From the NCBI GenBank assembly GCA_963850955.1, contig CAWKMW010000005.1:18228-82227 (forward strand): DNA of 64,000 bases. Direction: 5' to 3'. A model generated the notes under the pieces. It had not been told where the DNA came from. It made no database searches and saw only the letters and a list, made by a program, of their open reading frames with translations. The stretch's first letter is position 1. Every line of letters starts with the position of its first letter. This DNA comes from an uncultured Pseudomonadota bacterium. Its GTDB lineage: Bacteria > Pseudomonadota > Gammaproteobacteria > Steroidobacterales > Steroidobacteraceae. This document shows positions 46,121 through 54,491 of this stretch, one piece after another. Both the position numbers and the translations under genes were made by a program.

Positions 46121-46293
46121 GAACCGCGCGAAACGGGCACAACCGGGTCGTTCATGTTGAAAACACTGTCCAGAAACCCGTTCGCCAGCAGCAGCAGGCC
46201 GCCGATGATGAACAAAAAAATCAGAATCGGACGAAGCCACAGCTTCCGGCGGGAGCGTAGGAATGCGAATAATTCAACGAGAAAATCGAGCAT
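46051..46293 (-). CDS. DUF5989-like small membrane protein with an atypical C-terminal extension
   Basis: MLDFLVELFAFLRSRRKLWLRPILIFLFIIGGLLLLANG matches the roughly 50-aa DUF5989 pattern I remember (...F...RKK.WL.PI...L...G.L..L). The ORF runs about 35 codons further and overlaps the convergent SGNH gene by 70 nt. Confidence 0.55.
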   Translation of the reverse strand: MLDFLVELFAFLRSRRKLWLRPILIFLFIIGGLLLLANGFLDSVFNMNDPVVPVSRGSYRHDAAFFNRYSAISRWPSRFG

Positions 46294-46335
46294 CGCTCTG
46301 GAGCCTGCTCACCCTGCGAGCGCCGCGTCCAACAG

Positions 46336-48783
46336 GTGTCCTCAGCGACCGAAGATAGCACAGGTGCAAACGGCACCCAGGGGCAAGGTAATTTCCAAAG
46401 GACAAAAGATGGGAGATTTCGACAGGACATGCACGAGAACCGTCCGGCAGCCGCATTGAGGACCTTCGCAGTCGCGATGATCGATGAAGGAAATGCGCTC
46501 GAGAAACAGGGGCGCATCGCGGAGGCAATGGCGCGCTACGATGCTGCGCTCCAGGCTGACCCGCATTGCGCCCGCGCGCACCTGAACCGCGGCAACATTC
46601 TGCTCGCGAGGGCCCAGTTTGATGAGGCGCGCAGCGCGTACCTTCTCGCGATAGGCTGCGACCCACAGTGCGCGGCAGCCCACTTCAATTTGGGCACCCT
46701 GCATCATCGCGCCGGCGAATTCGCGCACGCGTTGCGCAACTACCAGCTAGCCATCGGCCTCAACCCGCACTTCGCCGAGGCGTTTGTGGCGATGGCAAAT
46801 GCGCTGGTGAGCCTCGGGCGCACGGCCGAGGCGATAGAGAACTACCAGCGCGCGCTGGCCATCAATCCAGGCTATGCCGGCGTCCATTTCAGTCTGGGTG
46901 TGCTGGCAAGCACCCAGGGGCGGCTCGACGAGGCCGTCCATAGCCTGCGCAGGGAAATCGACCTGCAGCCTGAGTATGCCGAAGCGCACCGCACACTCGG
47001 CGCCGTGCTAAGTAACCTTGGGGATCTCGATGCGGCGGAGGCCAGCCTGCGGCGTGCCGCGTCCCTCGAGCCCGAGTCCGCCGCAGTTCTCTATGACCTG
47101 GCGATGATTGTTCAGTCACGCGGCAGGTACCCGGAAGCAGTTCAGCTACTGGCGCGCGCGCTCGAGCGTGCACCGACGTGGAAAGCCAAAGTCGCCTTTG
47201 CCAACTGCGTCGCGCGCGCACGGTTTACGAGCGAGGACTCGCAGGTCCGCGCGGCACTCATGAGCGCCTTCGTCGAAGCATGGGGAATGCCGCCGGAGCT
47301 TTGCCGGCCGACACTCGGTCTGATCATGCTCGACCAGAGGATCGCCCGCTGTGTGCGCCTCGCCGACGAATCGTGGCCCGCGCGATTGCCAAAGGCGCGC
47401 TTATTCGGTACCGACGGCCTTGCGGCGCTCGCAGCAGACCGCTTGCTGTGTGTATTGCTTGAATCAACGCCCGTGAACACGGTTGCCTTCGAACGTTTCC
47501 TAACTTGCGCACGCCATGCCCTGCTCGAGACCGCAGCGAGCGAGCAGTCGCCAGAGGCTGCGGATGTCGCGGCGCTGCAATTCTATGCAGCACTCTGTCG
47601 GCAATGCTTCCTTAACGAGTATGTCTTCGATTGCGATGATGGGGAGCGGCGCTCGGCGGCCGCCTGCCGAGCGAAGTTACTAATCTTGTTGGACACCAAC
47701 GCAGTGGTGCCGCCATTTCTTCTGCTCGCGGTCGCCGCCTATTTCCCGCTCTACGCGCTGCGAGAGGCAAGTCGGCTTCTTACTGCAAATGCACCGCGGC
47801 CCGTCCAGGAGGTGCTGCGCCAACAGGTTCGCGAGCCGCTCGAGGAGCTGGCGCTGCGCGCGGACATCGGATGCCTGACCTCAATTACCCGCGGTATCTC
47901 CGAAGAGGTGCGCGAGCAGTACGAAGAGAATCCTTACCCGCGTTGGGTGAAACTGCAACTGCGCGGGCAGGCGCTGCCCTTTAATGCGGAATTGCGTCGT
48001 GCCCTGCCGTTCGCGCCGTTTACGCCGATGCTCGACGACAGCGCACCGGAAGCGCTGGTCGCCGGCTGCGGCACCGGCGGTCATGCGATCCTCGTGGCCC
48101 AGCAATACCGCGGAGTACGTGTGCTGGCGATAGATCTGAGCTTGAGCAGTATCAGTTACGCCAAACGAAAGACGCAGGAGCTGGGGCTGACAAACATTGA
48201 GTATGCACAGGCCGACATTCTCAAGCTCGGCGATAGCGCGCGCAGGTTCGACATCATCGAATCAGTTGGGGTGCTGCACCACCTGGCCGACCCCTTCGAC
48301 GGATGGCGAATCCTGCTGTCTTTATTGCGGCCCGGAGGATTCATGTGTTTGGGCTTTTATAGCCAACTTGCGCGCAGACAGGTGGCCAAGGCGCGTGAAT
48401 TCATTGCCGCGCGCGGCTATGCATGCACCGCCGATGACATCCGTCGATTCCGCCAGGACCGCGCGGTCCAAGACCGCAGTGCTGAGCTGCACCCGCTAAC
48501 CAAAAGCCGGGCGTTCTATTCAACCAGTGAATGTCGCGACTTGCTTTTCCACGTGCAGGAGCAGCGCCTGACACTCGCACAGATCGAGTCGTTCCTTGTC
48601 GAAACCGGGCTTCACTTCATGGGCTTCAAATTGGATGTGCGCGTGCTGCATCAGTACCGCGCTCGCTTTACCGACGACCCGCTCGGGACTAATTTGCGCA
48701 ACTGGGCACGCTTTGAGGCCGACAATCCGGATACGTTCACCGGGATGTACCGGTTCTGGATTCAACGGCCGACCAGTCGTTGA
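46336..48783 (+). CDS. TPR-repeat protein fused to a class I SAM-dependent methyltransferase
   Basis: About 7-8 TPR units (A..Y..AL...P....A..NLG pattern) in residues ~40-290, an unassigned middle region, QYEENPYPRW, then MTase motif I LVAGCGTGGHA and post-I VLAIDLS, plus IESVGVLHHL and RPGGFM. GTG 46336 (alternative ATG 46429). Confidence 0.8.
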   Translation: MSSATEDSTGANGTQGQGNFQRTKDGRFRQDMHENRPAAALRTFAVAMIDEGNALEKQGRIAEAMARYDAALQADPHCARAHLNRGNILLARAQFDEARSAYLLAIGCDPQCAAAHFNLGTLHHRAGEFAHALRNYQLAIGLNPHFAEAFVAMANALVSLGRTAEAIENYQRALAINPGYAGVHFSLGVLASTQGRLDEAVHSLRREIDLQPEYAEAHRTLGAVLSNLGDLDAAEASLRRAASLEPESAAVLYDLAMIVQSRGRYPEAVQLLARALERAPTWKAKVAFANCVARARFTSEDSQVRAALMSAFVEAWGMPPELCRPTLGLIMLDQRIARCVRLADESWPARLPKARLFGTDGLAALAADRLLCVLLESTPVNTVAFERFLTCARHALLETAASEQSPEAADVAALQFYAALCRQCFLNEYVFDCDDGERRSAAACRAKLLILLDTNAVVPPFLLLAVAAYFPLYALREASRLLTANAPRPVQEVLRQQVREPLEELALRADIGCLTSITRGISEEVREQYEENPYPRWVKLQLRGQALPFNAELRRALPFAPFTPMLDDSAPEALVAGCGTGGHAILVAQQYRGVRVLAIDLSLSSISYAKRKTQELGLTNIEYAQADILKLGDSARRFDIIESVGVLHHLADPFDGWRILLSLLRPGGFMCLGFYSQLARRQVAKAREFIAARGYACTADDIRRFRQDRAVQDRSAELHPLTKSRAFYSTSECRDLLFHVQEQRLTLAQIESFLVETGLHFMGFKLDVRVLHQYRARFTDDPLGTNLRNWARFEADNPDTFTGMYRFWIQRPTSR

Positions 48784-48881
48784 GAATTTCGAGTGGCCAG
48801 TCCGAGCAACGAGGCAGCGGCCGTCCGCTTCAGGCGCATGCACGGAAGTGGGGCACGAGAGGCGAGCCCCGCTTTACCCGC

Positions 48882-48986
48882 GCGGGCGATGCGACATTGG
48901 CGCTGGACCCCAGCCCCGCGGCACAATGCAGCCTCGCCCCACGCCGAGGATTGCCGCCCATGACGCTCTTTGATCTTTCCGGAAAG
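48882..48986. repeat. Right copy of the direct repeat (functional promoter region and 5' end of the SDR gene)
   Basis: Core 48912-48986, AGCCCCGCGGCACAATGCAGCCTCGCCCCACGCCGAGGATTGCCGCCCATGACGCTCTTTGATCTTTCCGGAAAG; see the left copy. Confidence 0.85.
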
Positions 48987-49739
48987 GTTGCACTGATCAC
49001 CGGTTCAAGCCGCGGGATCGGCAAAGCCATCGCGCAGCAGCTGGCCGCGCACGGCGCGCGGGTCGTGATCTCCAGCCGCAAGGCCGAGAGCTGCGAGGCG
49101 GTAGCCGCCGAGATCAACGCGGCGGGCGGCAGCGCTTTCGCCAAGGCCTGTCACGTGGGTCATAAGGACGAACTGCAGGCCCTGGTCGATGCCACCGTGG
49201 CGCAGTGGGGCCAGATCGACGTCGTGGTCGGGAACGCTGCGACCAATCCCTCCTTCGGCCCCTCGATCGATACGCCCGATGAGGTGTTCGAGAAAGTCAT
49301 TCACACGAACCTCCTCAGCAATGTGTGGCTGTGCAATATGACGCTGCCGGCGATGGCGGCGCGTCGCGACGGGGCGGTGATCATCGTCTCATCGGTCGGC
49401 GGCCTGATGGGCAGCGCGCAGCTTGGCGCCTACTGCATCTCCAAGGCCGCGGACATGCAGCTCGCGCGCAATCTGGCGGTCGAATGGGGACCGCATAACA
49501 TCCGCGTCAACTGCATCGCTCCGGGGATTATTCGCACGCACTTCTCGCGCGCGCTGTGGGCGGATCCGGCGCGGGCGGCGACCTTCGCGCGCCTGAATCC
49601 GCTGCGCCGCCTGGGTGACCCGGACGACGTGGCGGGGATCGCGGTGCTACTCGCCTCGCGCGCGGGCAACTTCATCACCGGCCAGACGCTCGTGGTCGAC
49701 GGCGGCGGCGTGATCGGCGGCGGCGAGCCGCTCATGTAA
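48960..49739 (+). CDS. Short-chain dehydrogenase/reductase (classical SDR)
   Basis: ALITGSSRGIGKAIA (TGxxxGxG), VGNAA, SSVGG and YCISK (YxxxK). The ATG at 48960 is inside ORF 48780..49739. Confidence 0.9.
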   Translation: MTLFDLSGKVALITGSSRGIGKAIAQQLAAHGARVVISSRKAESCEAVAAEINAAGGSAFAKACHVGHKDELQALVDATVAQWGQIDVVVGNAATNPSFGPSIDTPDEVFEKVIHTNLLSNVWLCNMTLPAMAARRDGAVIIVSSVGGLMGSAQLGAYCISKAADMQLARNLAVEWGPHNIRVNCIAPGIIRTHFSRALWADPARAATFARLNPLRRLGDPDDVAGIAVLLASRAGNFITGQTLVVDGGGVIGGGEPLM

Positions 49740-49749
49740 GCGGAGCGGG

Positions 49750-51108
49750 CTAGGCGCCGCGGCGCTGCAACGCGGCGTAACCCACGGCCAGCAGCCCGAA
49801 CCAGACCGGCGCGACGTAGAGCGCGACACGCGTCTCCTCGTCGAGCCAGAGCATCGCGCTCACCGCAATCAGAAACGCGAGCACCGCCCAGTTCGCGTAC
49901 GGCGCCAGCGGCATGCGAAAAGGCGCCGCGCGCGCGCGTCCGGCCTGGACCGCGCGCCGGTAGTTGCGGTGCGAGACGAGGATAACCCCCCAGGTCCACA
50001 GCGTCCCGATCAGCGCGATGCTCGTGATCCAGGTGAATACCTGCTTCGGGACCATGTAATTCAGCAGCACCCCGATCAGCATGACGGCCGCGGAGGCGTG
50101 GATGCCCGCCGCCGGCACCTGCTGCGCGTTCAGCGTGCCAAAGAGGCGCGGCCCCTGGCCGCGCTGTGCGAGCGACCAGAGCATGCGCCCGGTGCTGAAC
50201 AGCCCGCTATTGCAGGAGGAGGCGGCGGCGGTGATGACTACGAGCGTGATGAGGCCGGCCGCCGCCGGCACGCGTAGTTTCTGGAATACGAATACGAAGG
50301 GACTCACGCTCGGGCTTAACTCGTTCCAGGGCACGAGCGACATGATCACCACCAGCGCTCCCAGGTAGAAGATGAGAATCCTCAGGATGATGCCGTTGGT
50401 CGCCCGCGGCAGCACGACTGCCGGGTTTTCGGCCTCACCGGCCGTCACGCCGATGAGTTCGACGCCCGAGTAGGCAAACATCACGATCTGTAACGTGAGC
50501 AGTACCCCGACGATTCCGAACGGCAGGAAGCCTCCGTGCGCATAAAGATTCGCAAAGCCGGCCGTAGCGCCGAGCTCGCCGAGGTGGAAAAAGATGACGA
50601 CGAGCCCGGCGGCGATGAAGGCCACGATGGTCAGCACCTTCACCAGCGCAAACCAGAACTCGAGCTCGCCGAAGACGCGCACCGCCAGCAGGTTGGCGCC
50701 ATAGAGCACGACCAGCGCAACGAGCGCCGGCAGCCACTGCGGCAGCTCAGGAAACCAGTAGCGCACGTAGATGCCGATGGCGGTGAGTTCCGCCATTGCG
50801 ATCACGACCCACATGAACCAGTAGGACCAGTGCGTCACGAAGCCCGCGAACGGCCCGCAGAATTCCTCGGCGTACGTGGCAAAGGAACCGGCGACCGGGC
50901 GGTAGGTGAGCAGCTCCCCGAGCGCCCGCATGATGAAGAAGATCGCGACGCCGCCGAGCGCGTAGGCCAGGAGCAGACCCGGGCCGGCGTTGTGGATGGC
51001 CTGGGCGGAGCCCAGGAACAGCCCCACACCAATGGTGCCGCCGATGGCGATGAGCTGGATGTGCCGATTGCGCAGGTTGCGGGCGAGGTCATTCGGGGGC
51101 TGCGACAT
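49750..51108 (-). CDS. APC-superfamily amino acid permease (AroP/ProY/CycA-like)
   Basis: LRNRHIQLIAIGGTIGVGLFLGS and FFIMRALGELL; 12-TM pattern, 452 aa. Confidence 0.88.
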   Translation of the reverse strand: MSQPPNDLARNLRNRHIQLIAIGGTIGVGLFLGSAQAIHNAGPGLLLAYALGGVAIFFIMRALGELLTYRPVAGSFATYAEEFCGPFAGFVTHWSYWFMWVVIAMAELTAIGIYVRYWFPELPQWLPALVALVVLYGANLLAVRVFGELEFWFALVKVLTIVAFIAAGLVVIFFHLGELGATAGFANLYAHGGFLPFGIVGVLLTLQIVMFAYSGVELIGVTAGEAENPAVVLPRATNGIILRILIFYLGALVVIMSLVPWNELSPSVSPFVFVFQKLRVPAAAGLITLVVITAAASSCNSGLFSTGRMLWSLAQRGQGPRLFGTLNAQQVPAAGIHASAAVMLIGVLLNYMVPKQVFTWITSIALIGTLWTWGVILVSHRNYRRAVQAGRARAAPFRMPLAPYANWAVLAFLIAVSAMLWLDEETRVALYVAPVWFGLLAVGYAALQRRGA

Positions 51109-51132
51109 GGTGGGGTGTCTTTCTGTGGTCGC

Positions 51133-52845
51133 TCAGCGCGGCGGTTGCGGCGGTCCCAGCAGCGCATAACGGCGTCCCTGGGGCAACTCGTAGCGTTGCA
51201 CGAGCGCGGCCGTTCCGGAAGCTACGAGCGTGCCCGCGACGCCGTCCCCCGGGGAAGCGGCGCGATACCAGCGCGCCAGCCAGCCCGTTAGCTCACCCTC
51301 GGCGTGCCCGGGCAGCAGCACCAAAATGCGCGCGTTACTGCCGCGCGCCGCAAACCAGCGACGCACCGCCGCCGCGTGAGCTCCGGTGAGCACCGAGTAC
51401 GAGCCGCTGGAGCCATGGTCGATGATTGCGAGCGTGGTTTCGTCCGGGTCCAGCAACGCGAGCGGCTGGTGCGCCGTGTCGGTGCGGATACGCCGGGCGA
51501 GGCTGCCCAAGTCCTGCCAGCGATCGATGACCGGAAAGGCCACGAGCGCGCTTAGACTCAGGGCCACCGCGTAGGCCGCGTACGCACAGGCGAGACTCTC
51601 GCCCAGAGCCCCGCGCGCCTGCGCTTGGCGTGAACGGCGCAGCGCCGGAATGCCGAGGGCGAGTATCGCGGCGCATACCGCAACGGTCCACCCGCGCGCC
51701 GCGCTGCCGGCGAGCGCCAGCACGGCAAGTGCTGCCAGCAGCAGCCCGCCGAGTAGGGCGGCCAGCACCCGGGTACCGCGCACGCATAACTGATCCAGGC
51801 GCGTCGGCGCGCGCTGGGCGTCCTGCAGCCACAGCGCGGCGAGTAGCGCGAACCCCAGCAGCGCCGGCGCCGCGTAGATGTCGCGCGCGGTCGCAGCCAG
51901 TGACAGGAGGACGAGGAAGGGCAGGCTCGAGGCGAGCGCAAAGCGCCACGGCGTACCGCCTGCGCCCGCGCCGCCCAGGGTGCGCCAGGCGCGCGCGAGG
52001 CTGGCTGCGGCCACGAGCGTCCAGGGCAGCAGGTACAGCGGTAGCTCGAGGAAGTACTTGCCGGCGCTGTTGTGATGACCGCTGGTGTAGTCGAGTGCCT
52101 GCGGCGCCGCCACCTCCGTGAAGCGCCCGACGATGTTGTTCCAGAAAAGTGTCCGCAGCGCCTCCGCCCCGCCGCTCGAGCGCGCCACCGCCCACAGCCA
52201 CGGAGCGATGATCAGCCCCTGCAGGATGAGCCCGGCGTAGAGTTCCGGGCGGCGCAGTTCCGCCCAGCGCCGCTCCCAGGCGAGCAGCACAAAGAGGGCA
52301 AGCCCGGGCACCAGCCATCCGGGGGCGCTCTTGGCCATGAAGCCGAGCGCGGCGCCGAGGTGCATCAGTGCGTAGCCCCAGGCCTTGTCCCTGCCGGGGG
52401 GCGCACGGTAGCCGCGCCACAGCCCCAAGAGTGCGAGCGCGTTGCCAGCGAGCAGACACGCATCGGGGGCGAGCCAGCTTTCGACGCGAAATGCGGTGAG
52501 CGCGCTCGAGGCGACCAGCGCTGCCAGTAGCGCACTCGACAGATCTAGATCCATCGCGAGCGCCAGGGCACCGAGCGCCAGGGCAATGATGAGGGCATAG
52601 AGCGCGTTGGGCGCCCGCGCTCCATCGGGTGAATCGCCCCACAGCGATACGGTGATGGCCGACATCCAGTAGCTCAGCGGGGGTTTCTCCAGAAACGGCG
52701 TGCCGCCCAGGTGCGGCAGGGTCCAATCACTCTGTTGGCTCATGCGCCAGGCGATGTCCGCCTCGCGCGGCTCATCCGGGGTCCACAGGTTGCGGCCAAA
52801 GATCCCGACGAGCCACAAGGGCGCGAGTGCCACCACGGTCAGCAC
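51133..52845 (-). CDS. ArnT/PMT-family (GT-C) membrane glycosyltransferase
   Basis: LWTPDEPREADIAWRM, FLEKPPLSYW, many TM segments and a soluble C-terminal domain; GTG start. Confidence 0.75.
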   Translation of the reverse strand: MLTVVALAPLWLVGIFGRNLWTPDEPREADIAWRMSQQSDWTLPHLGGTPFLEKPPLSYWMSAITVSLWGDSPDGARAPNALYALIIALALGALALAMDLDLSSALLAALVASSALTAFRVESWLAPDACLLAGNALALLGLWRGYRAPPGRDKAWGYALMHLGAALGFMAKSAPGWLVPGLALFVLLAWERRWAELRRPELYAGLILQGLIIAPWLWAVARSSGGAEALRTLFWNNIVGRFTEVAAPQALDYTSGHHNSAGKYFLELPLYLLPWTLVAAASLARAWRTLGGAGAGGTPWRFALASSLPFLVLLSLAATARDIYAAPALLGFALLAALWLQDAQRAPTRLDQLCVRGTRVLAALLGGLLLAALAVLALAGSAARGWTVAVCAAILALGIPALRRSRQAQARGALGESLACAYAAYAVALSLSALVAFPVIDRWQDLGSLARRIRTDTAHQPLALLDPDETTLAIIDHGSSGSYSVLTGAHAAAVRRWFAARGSNARILVLLPGHAEGELTGWLARWYRAASPGDGVAGTLVASGTAALVQRYELPQGRRYALLGPPQPPR

Positions 52846-52886
52846 CGCAAGCCGACGCCACGTGCCTCCGGCGGCTGCGGCAGGAC

Positions 52887-54491
52887 TCAGACGACCCCCA
52901 CGGCAGGCAGGCGGCCTTGCGCCCCACTTGAGCCGTGGCGCTGCAGCCAGCGCTCGAGCGGCGCGGTGTCAAGCGGCAGCAGATGCAGGCCGAGCTTGGA
53001 ACGGCGCCACAGGATGTCCTGCGCCGTGCGGGCGAATTCCTCGCGGCACAGGTATTCAAGTTCGCGCTCGTACAGTTGCGGCAGGACCTCGGCGCCGAGC
53101 TCGGCAAGTGTGGTGGCGGCGCCGAGCACCCGTGCCAGGCGCGTGCCGTAGGCGTGCGCGTAGCGGCGGCGCAGCGGCGCGGGCAGCCACGGGTAATGCC
53201 GCTCGAGCGTGCGCAGGAACACCGCGAGGCTGCCCTCGGGCAAATCCCCGCCGGGCAGCGTGGCGCCCGCGGTCCAAGGCAGCGCGCGCGTGCCGAGTGT
53301 CGCTGCGAGCAGGTTCACGGCATCTTCCGCAAGCTTGCGATACGTGGTGATCTTGCCGCCGAAGATCGACAGCAGCGGCGCGGGCTCGCGATCCAGTTCG
53401 AGCGCGTAGTCGCGCGTCACGCTCATCGGATCGCTTGACTCATCCTGCAGCAGCGGGCGTACGCCGGAATAGCTCCACACGACGCTCGCCGCAGTGATCT
53501 GCTGCTTGAAGTAACTATTCGCGAGCGCACAAAGATACGAGATCTCGGCGGCCTCGATGTGCACCGCGGCCGGGTCCGCGTGATAGTCCACGTCGGTCGT
53601 GCCGATGAGCGTAAAGGCATGCTCATACGGGATCGCAAACACGATACGGCGGTCCTCGTTTTGGAAGATGTACGCGAAGCGATGATCGAACAGCCGCGGT
53701 ACGACGATGTGACTGCCCTTCACCAGCCGTACCTGGTGCGCCGCCCGCACCGGGGTTGCGCGCGTCACGAAATCACTGACCCACGGCCCGGTGGCATTGA
53801 CCACGGCGCGGGCCGTGATCGTCGCCGTGCCCTCGGCGGCGCGCAGCAGGGCGCTCCAACCCGCCCCCTGCGGTAGCAGCTTCTCGCAGCGCACGCGCGT
53901 GAGTATGCGGGCGCCGCGCGCCTGCGCGTCGAGCGCGTTGAGCACCACCAGCCGCGCATCATCGACCCAGCCGTCGGAGTAGACGAAGCCGCGATGGTAC
54001 CCGGACTTCAGTGGTTGCCCGGCGATGTGGGTATTCAGATCGACGGCGGCGGAGGCGGCCAGGTGCGCGCGCTTCGCCAGGTGATCGTAGAGGAACAGCC
54101 CGGCGCGGATCATCCATGCCGGCCGCAGGTGCGCGGCGTACGGCATGATGAAATGCAGGGGACGCATGATGTGCGGCGCCGCGGCGAGCAGCACCTCGCG
54201 CTCGCGCAGCGCCTTGCGCACCAGTGCAAAGTGAAACTCCTCCAGATACCGCAGGCCGCCGTGGATCAGCTTGGTGCTGGCGGAGGAGGTGTGGGAAGCG
54301 AGGTCGTCCTGTTCGCACAGGATGACCTTCAGTCCGCGTCCGGCAGCGTCGCGGGCAATGCCCGTGCCGTTGATGCCGCCGCCGACGACCAGCAGATCGC
54401 AGCCGCCGTCGGTTACGCCCGGCGCGCCGTCCGCCGGCCGTAGTAGTCCGGATAATCCTCGGTCAGACCCTTGAAGCGGCGATGGATCCAC
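52887..54491 (-). CDS. glpD: FAD-dependent glycerol-3-phosphate dehydrogenase
   Basis: DLLVVGGGINGTGIARDAAGRGLKVILCEQDDLASHTSSASTKLIHGGLRYLE. GTG 54491 is the only canonical start upstream of the GxGxxG motif. Confidence 0.9.
   Translation of the reverse strand: MDPSPLQGSDRGLSGLLRPADGAPGVTDGGCDLLVVGGGINGTGIARDAAGRGLKVILCEQDDLASHTSSASTKLIHGGLRYLEEFHFALVRKALREREVLLAAAPHIMRPLHFIMPYAAHLRPAWMIRAGLFLYDHLAKRAHLAASAAVDLNTHIAGQPLKSGYHRGFVYSDGWVDDARLVVLNALDAQARGARILTRVRCEKLLPQGAGWSALLRAAEGTATITARAVVNATGPWVSDFVTRATPVRAAHQVRLVKGSHIVVPRLFDHRFAYIFQNEDRRIVFAIPYEHAFTLIGTTDVDYHADPAAVHIEAAEISYLCALANSYFKQQITAASVVWSYSGVRPLLQDESSDPMSVTRDYALELDREPAPLLSIFGGKITTYRKLAEDAVNLLAATLGTRALPWTAGATLPGGDLPEGSLAVFLRTLERHYPWLPAPLRRRYAHAYGTRLARVLGAATTLAELGAEVLPQLYERELEYLCREEFARTAQDILWRRSKLGLHLLPLDTAPLERWLQRHGSSGAQGRLPAVGVV

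Larger units (their letters stand above)
44851..48881. other. About 4.0 kb lower-GC inserted cassette (3 genes) between the two repeat copies; no mobility gene recognised
   Basis: Hand counts of 60-nt samples give about 50-65% GC inside, against about 70-75% in the flanking genes. It is bounded by direct repeats and lies next to a tRNA gene. Confidence 0.6.
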
